DNA from: a virus
Virus record (IMG/VR): IMGVR_UViG_3300024346_000015
Span: 1-53,614 of that record
DNA: 53,614 nucleotides
Reading direction: 5' to 3' (one strand)
The first letter of the stretch is position 1, and every line of letters begins with the position of its first letter. The notes under the pieces were generated by a model. It worked only from the letters and a program-made list of their open reading frames with translations. It was not told the origin of the DNA and searched no databases. Positions 26,501 through 33,370 of the stretch are shown piece after piece. A program made the translations under genes and the position numbers.

Positions 26501-29500
26501 CCTCTGAGGTAGTCGCCAGTATAGTTACCGCCAAATGCCCGAGCGTAGTTACCAGTGTAGTTACCCGTATAGTCGCCTACAAATCCTCGACCGTAGTTAC
26601 CCAGATAGTTACCGGAAAATTCACGAGCGTAGTTACCCAGAAAGTTACCGACATAATCACCAGCAAATGCACGAGTATAGTTACCTGTATAGGTTACTGA
26701 TCGACTATAGTTGCCGGTATAGGCCACTGTTCGTGAGGAGGTACGAGTATATGCACTGTTTCTAGTACGTGCATACGCACCACTATAACTACTAGGTCTA
26801 GTTCTAGCATATGCGGAAAGACGAAGACGAGTGTAAGCAGAGTTACGTGTACGTGCGGATGTACGAGTAGAGACTCTAGTATATGCACTGTTTCTATTTC
26901 TAGTATAAGAAGATGCTCTAGATCGAGTATATGCACTACTTCTATTACGTGTAGAGACTCTAGTGTATGCACTACTTCTATCACGTGTTGAGACTCTAGT
27001 ATATGAACTATTTCGAGGTGTTATACGAGTTCTAGCGTATGTACTAACTCGACCACGAGTACTTACTCTTTGTGACGTTCGGGTATAGTTGCCCGTATAA
27101 TCACCAGTGTAATATGCTATGAAGTTTCTGGTATAGTTACCAGCGAAATCTCCTACGTAGTTCCGACTATAGTTACCAATAAAGTTTCTGGAGTAGTTCC
27201 CTTCGAATGAACGTGTGAAGTCTCCGGTATAATCTCCACCGAAGTTCCGCGAGTAGTTACCGACATAGTTACCAGTATAATCCGCAACGTAGTTCCGGCT
27301 ATAATTACCAATATAGTTACGACTGTACTCTCCAGCGAAATTGCGACTATAGTTACCAACGTACTCACCAACGAAATTTCTGTTGTACGTCTCTACCCTA
27401 GTACGAGTTGATGTTCTAGCATATGCTGAAACTCTTGTTCTACTATAAACACCACTATATGATGAAATTCTGGTTCGGGTAAAGTCTGTTGTGTAGGCAC
27501 TGGTACGATCTCTAGTGAAGACAGTAGTATATGCGCTAGTGCGATTTCTGGTAGATACACGAGTGTAGTTACTGACTCGATTTAGAATAGATACTCTAGT
27601 CGAAGTTCTAGCAAAGTCACCAGTATAGTTACCGATGAACTCTCGTGAATAGTTTCCTACATAGTTTCGACTGTAATTGCCGACATAATTTGGTGCATAG
27701 TTACCGATGAAACTACTATCACGAGTTCGTGTGTAATCAGCTGAGAATGTTGAAAAACGTGACGCTAAGTAGTTACCCGTATAATTAGAGTTTCTCGGTG
27801 TTACACGATTTCTAAGGAAATTAGATGTTCTAGTTCTAGAATAGTTACCGACATAGTCTCGGCTATAGTTACCAACAAATCCACGACTATAATTACTGAC
27901 ACGTGTTCGAGAATAATCACCAGTGTAATCTGCGGTGTAATTACCTGTAAAGTCTCTATTGTAGTTACCAGTATAACTAGAGTTACGGATCCGTTGACTG
28001 GTACGAGTAAAGTTAGAATTTCTGGTACGTGCGAAGTCCCTTGTACTTACACTGGTGTAGTTGGATGCACGAGTTCTAGTATAGACGACATCACTCGTAT
28101 CTTTACGTGTATCGGTTGCCGTTCCTCTTACTGTCCATGTTCCAGATGCTGTCGGAGTACCTTGAGCGGAACTACGTAATTCGTATGATCCAATGTTACC
28201 TAAAGTTGCTCTACGGTTAGCTGCGAGTTGACCAAAGGTGAAACCCATTTGATAGTCAGTCATCTCACGGAAACCTTGGAAGGTTCCTGAATCATACCCA
28301 TCTTCAGCAAGAGTAGATGTCCAACCAACTATAGACTCTTCGTCCCCAGCAGTATCATTTACTCGTAACAAAACAGGTTTGTCGGATTCGAATTTCCACA
28401 GGTTGGCACCACCCGCAAACATTGCGACCGTGGATGCACCGTCCTGATCTCCGGATGCACCGCTTGCACCTGAACCATTGTTACCATTACGGGCAATTAA
28501 GTTGCTAGCATTCATATGGTGGTAATCTAGTACTACCCACTTGTCGTCTGTTGAATCATAATAAGAGACATGAACATTAGTGTCATCATCTCTCGCAACA
28601 AGACAATAATCCTTGAGTGAGTCACCCCAAGAGTAGGTGTTCGATAAGAACTCTTCAGGTAAACCTTGAGTTCCGTCAGAACCAGCACCGTCACCTACTT
28701 TAACTACAAAGACATTATGTGTGGTATCTGTAACGAGGTTGCCAGTGGCAGTTGACGGTACAGTGTTTACAGCTGTTCTCTCGTAAGAATTATACGAACG
28801 ATATACCACTTGTTTCATCGGTGGTATTTTGTACTTATCACCTTGTGCTTCTTTTACCGTAACGACAATATCTTTATTAGATGTAATAAACACGTACTGG
28901 TTATCGATTCCAGTAAATGTTTCGGATGTCACTGTGTTCGCACTTAACGATACGGTTCTAGTCGCAGTACCATTGATACCGTTTGTTTCATTTACAAAGA
29001 ACTCTACGGTACACGCTTCTTTTGCAAATAAGTAATATGTACTATCTCCGTATCTAGTCGATACGTTACCAAACTCTTGACCCCTTAGTGACCAAGGAAC
29101 CAAGACGTGTCCGCCATTATTTTGATGTAACTCAATAGGTCTGTCACCATAGTAACTTCGACCAGCAGTCACATTGAATGAACCTCTTTGTGGTTCAGTA
29201 CCAGTGATCGCTAGTGTACTGGTGGTACCGTTAGTCTGTTTCTCTGTAATGACAGTACTTGGATATATCGCAGAATATCTTACGCCAGTAGCACTTACCA
29301 TAACGATGGTTTCGTGGAGACCGTGATTTCTAACGTCAGTGGCATCAGTGTCATATGACTCTGTGTTACCCATCCAACTAAAGATCGCACGATTATTCGC
29401 ATCTGTGGTTGGGGGTGACGCTAAGTCGGTCTTCACATATAGGTTATAGTTGGTAGCCGCGAGAGTGTTGATTGAATCAGAGAACACTGATGATTGGTGT

Positions 29501-30072
29501 ACCGCCCAAGTATCACCATCACTAGGTGCAGATGTACCCAAGTAATATGTGCCGGGCCAAGTGTTAGTCGCAATGTAACTATTGATTCTATCCGAAAACG
29601 ATTCTGTCTCTGCAAATGTAGGTAGACGCATACCCTTTAGATCTGCATCAAATATCACGGGCCATTTGAATCCTGATTCAGGAAGACCGTTAGATACCAT
29701 TTTGTTATTTGCAGTTGAGATACTAGTGAACAATGGGTTCCTAGTAAATAGATCTGTTGTAGTTGTGGTTACAGATATGCTTGATGACGGGTGAGTACCG
29801 TCTGGTTGACCATATCGGGTATCAATATAGTTACCTATACTAGAACGATTGCCACTTACCGCAAGTGATCCGAATGCTCCGTTACCTATGTAACCAGTAT
29901 AGTTGTCATTTGCGTTTGGAGGAGAATACGACAGTATTTCCTTACCGGCAAGGTACGCTAATATCTGTTCCTGTGTCGGAGAATATTGCGCCAAATCATT
30001 CGCATCAAAGGCAGCGTTGCTGCCGCCTTGATACGATTCTTTGATTCTAATCGGTATATCAGAAAATGCCAT
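23560..30072 (-). CDS. Giant 2170-aa fibre-like virion protein with mirror-complementary repeats
   Basis: N-terminal globular part shared with 30128..33358; about 1490 aa of alternating RTRxSxY and YTGNY blocks; own late promoter. Confidence 0.85.
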   Translation of the reverse strand: MAFSDIPIRIKESYQGGSNAAFDANDLAQYSPTQEQILAYLAGKEILSYSPPNANDNYTGYIGNGAFGSLAVSGNRSSIGNYIDTRYGQPDGTHPSSSISVTTTTTDLFTRNPLFTSISTANNKMVSNGLPESGFKWPVIFDADLKGMRLPTFAETESFSDRINSYIATNTWPGTYYLGTSAPSDGDTWAVHQSSVFSDSINTLAATNYNLYVKTDLASPPTTDANNRAIFSWMGNTESYDTDATDVRNHGLHETIVMVSATGVRYSAIYPSTVITEKQTNGTTSTLAITGTEPQRGSFNVTAGRSYYGDRPIELHQNNGGHVLVPWSLRGQEFGNVSTRYGDSTYYLFAKEACTVEFFVNETNGINGTATRTVSLSANTVTSETFTGIDNQYVFITSNKDIVVTVKEAQGDKYKIPPMKQVVYRSYNSYERTAVNTVPSTATGNLVTDTTHNVFVVKVGDGAGSDGTQGLPEEFLSNTYSWGDSLKDYCLVARDDDTNVHVSYYDSTDDKWVVLDYHHMNASNLIARNGNNGSGASGASGDQDGASTVAMFAGGANLWKFESDKPVLLRVNDTAGDEESIVGWTSTLAEDGYDSGTFQGFREMTDYQMGFTFGQLAANRRATLGNIGSYELRSSAQGTPTASGTWTVRGTATDTRKDTSDVVYTRTRASNYTSVSTRDFARTRNSNFTRTSQRIRNSSYTGNYNRDFTGNYTADYTGDYSRTRVSNYSRGFVGNYSRDYVGNYSRTRTSNFLRNRVTPRNSNYTGNYLASRFSTFSADYTRTRDSSFIGNYAPNYVGNYSRNYVGNYSREFIGNYTGDFARTSTRVSILNRVSNYTRVSTRNRTSAYTTVFTRDRTSAYTTDFTRTRISSYSGVYSRTRVSAYARTSTRTRVETYNRNFVGEYVGNYSRNFAGEYSRNYIGNYSRNYVADYTGNYVGNYSRNFGGDYTGDFTRSFEGNYSRNFIGNYSRNYVGDFAGNYTRNFIAYYTGDYTGNYTRTSQRVSTRGRVSTYARTRITPRNSSYTRVSTRDRSSAYTRVSTRNRSSAYTRSRASSYTRNRNSAYTRVSTRTSARTRNSAYTRLRLSAYARTRPSSYSGAYARTRNSAYTRTSSRTVAYTGNYSRSVTYTGNYTRAFAGDYVGNFLGNYAREFSGNYLGNYGRGFVGDYTGNYTGNYARAFGGNYTGDYLRGFVGDYTGNYTGNYARAFAGNYLGNFGRGFVGDYTGNYTGNFNRGFAGNYTGNFNRGFVGDYAGNFTGNYNRTLVFTGNFVGNYNRGFAGNFTGNFNRTYVGNYTGAYSRTFVANYAGDFIGNYGRNFAGNFTGNFSRNFAGNYGGNFSRLFAGNYTGNYTGNYARGFAGNFVGNYSRTSYYIGNAAYTRISTRAGSFARTQAFARYYYPNLIYYTRFLYYIGGTAYYTGNYSRNTSFNRTVGYLRTSTRTSTRNYLRYSTRVSARNRSSIYTRTSTRTRSSAYTRTSTRTSARNYTRTSTRTSTRNRVSAYSGAYARNRVSSYTRTSTRTRISSYQRTRITDYSRVSSYLRTSTRTSTRTRISSYLRTSTRNRISSYLRTSTRVSSRARNSNYTRTSTRTRNSSYLRTSTRISARTRNSNYVRTSTRTRNSNYLRTSTRVSSRARNSNYTRTSTRTRYSAYTRTRITNSTRSRVSVYTRARGSTLVYTRTRNSVFNYTGNYVRGFVGDYTGTYSRNYVGNYMRGFVGNYNRGFVGDYAGNYTGNYQRTFIGNYGRTFVGNYSRVFGGDYTGNYARAFAGDYTGNYSRAFVGDFIGNYGRTFAGDYTGDYVGNYTRISTRVSSVTRSSAYARTRITPRSSSYARTRSSSYARNRIENYTSLFTRVRSSSYARTSTRLRNENRPSAYTRTRTSVYSRVRGSNYTRTSVRTRVSSYSRSFAGDYIGNYTRGFVGEYTGAYSRNFGGNYVGNFTRLFGGNYTGNFTRVFGGNYTGDFTRTFVGEYTGNYTSHYTTAFTVTRVSAYSRTRPSSYARSRTYANFVGATGTYAGGFTRVRDSSFAGNYTGNYAREYVGNFLRVSVGTYAGDFTGNYTADYVAHYSRTRVSAYTRNRSSVYTRGFVAIYTRLRNSNFNRLRTSSYTRESITPFTGNYAGDYVVPYLGNYTADYTGDYGRTFVGNYSGTTIGQSTSTVETYTLYLRTA
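23623..28083 (-). repeat. Coding low-complexity repeat tract (4-aa periodic; GNY-type and RTS-type blocks)
   Basis: Recurrent tagttacc and gatgtacgagt type words on the + strand. Confidence 0.95.
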
Positions 30073-30109
30073 ATTGACCTGTTCACTCAGTTAGTTTAAA
30101 TCCTAATTC

Positions 30110-30117
30110 TATTTATA
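30110..30117 (-). promoter_or_regulatory. T4-type late promoter for the 2170-aa gene cluster
   Basis: CGTATAAATAG on the minus strand. Confidence 0.85.
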
Positions 30118-30127
30118 CGATTTGGAA

Positions 30128-33100
30128 TTAGGATTTTCTAACATATAGCGTATAAGTATCAATGACACTGGAAGTTGTTGAAACTGTTATCCCTGTGTAA
30201 TTACCCAAGAAAGATTGTGTTGAGTTAGTACCGAAAGCTCTGGTATAAGTTCCGGTGTAGTTACCCACATAGGTTTCTGAACATACTCTAGTATACTCAC
30301 CTATATATGTAGACACTCTATCTCGTGTGTAAGTAGATATTCTGTTTCTGGTAAACGGATTAAGAAGGTTCGTATAGTTACCGGCATAGTTACCAACGAA
30401 GTTTCTAGTATAATCACCAGTATAATTACCAGTGTAATCCGCAGTATAATCACCAGCATACGCAACCGTTCTGGTTCTAGTACTAGTTCGAAGGAAGTTA
30501 CCTACATAATCTTCGGTGTGATCAGTTACAAAATCTCCGACATAACTTGAAGCCCGTGTTCTAGCGAACGCGGAAGAACGTGTTCTCTCGTATGAAGATG
30601 TTCTTGGAGTAACACGAGTCCTTTGAAAGGTCGAGGTTCTTGATCGAGTACTGACTCGACTAGAAGGGGTCACACGTGTTCGTTGAAAATCTCTGGTATA
30701 ATCACCAGCGAAAGATCTAGAGTATCCGGATACGCGATTACGATTGTAATTACCAACGAAGTCTCTTGCGTATGAGGATATTCTGTTACCTGTAAAATCT
30801 CTTGAACTAGTACGAGTTGAAACGTAAACCTCTAAACGAGTAAATACATTGGCGTAGTTGGTATAGTTACCAACGAACCCTCTGCTATAACTGGATACAC
30901 GTTGTCTAGTGAACACGCTAGTACTATCTCTGGTACTGGTTCTGGTTGACGTTCGAGTAAATGCACTAAGTCGTTCTCTAGTGAATATCTGGTCACGTTC
31001 CCTAACGAACGCCCTAGTCGAAGAACGAGTCGAGGTTCTTTGGAAGTCTCTAGTACTGCTTCTAGTAAACGCATTTACATAGTTGACGTAATTACCAGTG
31101 AAGTTAACGTTGCCAGCGAAGTCCAATATAGCTGCATATTCACCAGCGAACATTCGTACAAAATTTCTACTAAAGTTACCGAGGAAACTGGTGGTCGTCA
31201 TGTTGTCGCCCAGAGCTTCATCACCAGTTGCACCAGAATATGTAATTGTACGAGCAGATGCTCTAGGATATGAGGGTATTCTTGCGAATTGTCCACCAGC
31301 GCCAGTATACACTGTCATTCTACCATAAGCGGGGCCAATATAGTTTGGCCCGACAAACGCTACGGGATAGTAAGTAGTTTGATAGAAACCACTTTGATAT
31401 CTCGAAAACGCTTGGTACCTAGTAAATACATTTTGACCAGCAGGAACGGTTATCCCGACTTCGACAGGCGCACCGCCACCATGAGGGCCTTGAACGGCAG
31501 TTACGTATGAAGTGAGACCTGTTGCTATCGCTCTTACTCTAACATATTGTTGACTGTATATAGAGTAACGACCTCTGGAGAAAGTCGATGACCGTGAAAA
31601 GGAACTTGCCTTGGCGCGAGTTCTGGTATATGCACGGGTAAAGTCGCCAATATATGCGTTGACGTAGTTAACGTAATTACCAGTGTAATTACCAGTATAT
31701 TGATTAACGTAGTTAGTATAGTTACCTGTGAAGTCACCTGTATAGTTACCAACAAAAACATTAACGTAGTTAGTATAGTTACCAGTATAGTTACCGGCAT
31801 AATCGCCAACAAAGTTACCAGTATAAGAGTCGGTTATTGTTCGTTGATAGTTACTAGTACGTGTTCTATTGAAGGTAGACGTGCGTTCCTTAGTAAAGTT
31901 ACCAGCGTAGTTACCCGCATAATAAACAGTATTAGTATTGGTGAAATCCCGCGAGTAAGTTGATTCGCGAATCGTGGTGTAGTTACCAACAAAAGTTCTA
32001 GAGTATGATGAATTGCGACTACGAGTAAAGGCTGATATTCTGTTACCTAAGAAGTTACCCGTGTAATTACCAGTGTAATTACCAACAAATGCGTTGATGT
32101 AGTTGGTATAGTTACCAACGAAGTTTCCTACGAAATTTCTGGAATAGTTACCCACATAACTTGACGCTCGGTTTCTATTGAATGACGAGTTTCGAGTAAC
32201 GGTTCGGTTACCTGTAAAGGTAGACGTTCGAGTAGTTGTATAGTTACCAGTATAGTTACCGGCATAATCGCCAGTGTAGTTACCAATAAAATTAGAATTT
32301 CTGAGTCGTGTCGATTCTCTGGTATAATTAGAATTACGTGTACGAAGGTAATTACCTACGTAGTTTCTAGTAAAATTCCCAATGAATCCTCGAGCGTAGT
32401 TACCAGTAAACGCATTAACAAAGTTGGTGTACTCACCAGTATAGTTACCTGTATAGAGTCCAATACTATCGTTAACATATTCTCCACTATAAGTCGATAC
32501 TCGACCAGTATAGTTGTTAAACGCATATGAAGATACGCGAGTACGAGTGTACTGTTTTGGAGTTAGATCGTTTCTAGTGTCGGTTGCACTACCTACAGAC
32601 TTCCAAACTCCGGTCGCAGTTGGAGTTCCTTGTGATGAACTACGTAATTCGTATGATCCAATGTTACCCGCGATTGCACGTCTAGTTTTAGCCCACTGAC
32701 CTAAAGTATACGTAAGGTTAGATTCACTAATCATTTGAATACCGTCATACCCATCACTATCTTGAATATGCGCTACGTCAATCGCTGTCGGTGAAGTCTG
32801 AGTGGTTCTCTGCCATATGTAATATGGGGTCTCTGAGTTATCCGTTCGAGTATCAGAGAACGCTTCGAACCTACTGGTATAATCAGAACCAGGCGAGTTT
32901 GCGCCTAGTTTGTAACACCCAAGATAGTCATTGGTTGCGATGATACTGTTCAGTCTATCGACAAGGACATTCATATCCGAATCAGCAAATTGGTGAATAC
33001 CTTCCTTGCCATTTTTGGTAGAATATGATACGGGTCGTTTGAATTTAGTATTACCGCCCGCCTCTACACCAGAGGTAGTAGCGGTACCGCCCAGTTGATA

Positions 33101-33358
33101 CAAATCTGACGTGACGGTTATGATATTAGTTCCGTCTACCGGATGGTCACCCACAGGTTCAAGATACTTTGTATCAATATGAGAACCCACTGATATTGCG
33201 TTAGACGTGGATGTATTTCTCAGATCGCCTACAGACGTACCGGCAGAGTTCTTCATCTGGATACCCGCTCGGTACGCTAGGTAATTTTCTTCTGAAGAAG
33301 TTATTTGTTGCAAATCACCATTTGCAGCCTTTAACTTCAGTACTAGATCTGTGGACAT
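30128..33358 (-). CDS. 1076-aa paralogous fibre-like protein with mirror-complementary repeats and a central tip domain
   Basis: Shares E..LAY.AG, DT.Y..P.G.HP, GNIGSYELRSS.QGTPTA.G.W and C-terminal TYTLY.R with the 2170-aa protein. Confidence 0.85.
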   Translation of the reverse strand: MSTDLVLKLKAANGDLQQITSSEENYLAYRAGIQMKNSAGTSVGDLRNTSTSNAISVGSHIDTKYLEPVGDHPVDGTNIITVTSDLYQLGGTATTSGVEAGGNTKFKRPVSYSTKNGKEGIHQFADSDMNVLVDRLNSIIATNDYLGCYKLGANSPGSDYTSRFEAFSDTRTDNSETPYYIWQRTTQTSPTAIDVAHIQDSDGYDGIQMISESNLTYTLGQWAKTRRAIAGNIGSYELRSSSQGTPTATGVWKSVGSATDTRNDLTPKQYTRTRVSSYAFNNYTGRVSTYSGEYVNDSIGLYTGNYTGEYTNFVNAFTGNYARGFIGNFTRNYVGNYLRTRNSNYTRESTRLRNSNFIGNYTGDYAGNYTGNYTTTRTSTFTGNRTVTRNSSFNRNRASSYVGNYSRNFVGNFVGNYTNYINAFVGNYTGNYTGNFLGNRISAFTRSRNSSYSRTFVGNYTTIRESTYSRDFTNTNTVYYAGNYAGNFTKERTSTFNRTRTSNYQRTITDSYTGNFVGDYAGNYTGNYTNYVNVFVGNYTGDFTGNYTNYVNQYTGNYTGNYVNYVNAYIGDFTRAYTRTRAKASSFSRSSTFSRGRYSIYSQQYVRVRAIATGLTSYVTAVQGPHGGGAPVEVGITVPAGQNVFTRYQAFSRYQSGFYQTTYYPVAFVGPNYIGPAYGRMTVYTGAGGQFARIPSYPRASARTITYSGATGDEALGDNMTTTSFLGNFSRNFVRMFAGEYAAILDFAGNVNFTGNYVNYVNAFTRSSTRDFQRTSTRSSTRAFVRERDQIFTRERLSAFTRTSTRTSTRDSTSVFTRQRVSSYSRGFVGNYTNYANVFTRLEVYVSTRTSSRDFTGNRISSYARDFVGNYNRNRVSGYSRSFAGDYTRDFQRTRVTPSSRVSTRSRTSTFQRTRVTPRTSSYERTRSSAFARTRASSYVGDFVTDHTEDYVGNFLRTSTRTRTVAYAGDYTADYTGNYTGDYTRNFVGNYAGNYTNLLNPFTRNRISTYTRDRVSTYIGEYTRVCSETYVGNYTGTYTRAFGTNSTQSFLGNYTGITVSTTSSVIDTYTLYVRKS

Positions 33359-33370
33359 TCGGGTCTACCC

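Noticed and set aside
24100-27900. CRISPR array or DGR template/variable repeats
   Set aside because: Repeats are degenerate, in-frame and coding, with no constant repeat-spacer pattern; no cas or reverse transcriptase gene is in the window
23623-28083. DNA-level inverted repeat as the cause of the mirror symmetry
   Set aside because: Reverse complements of YTGNY codons do not encode RTSTR units in any frame I tried, so the symmetry is at protein level
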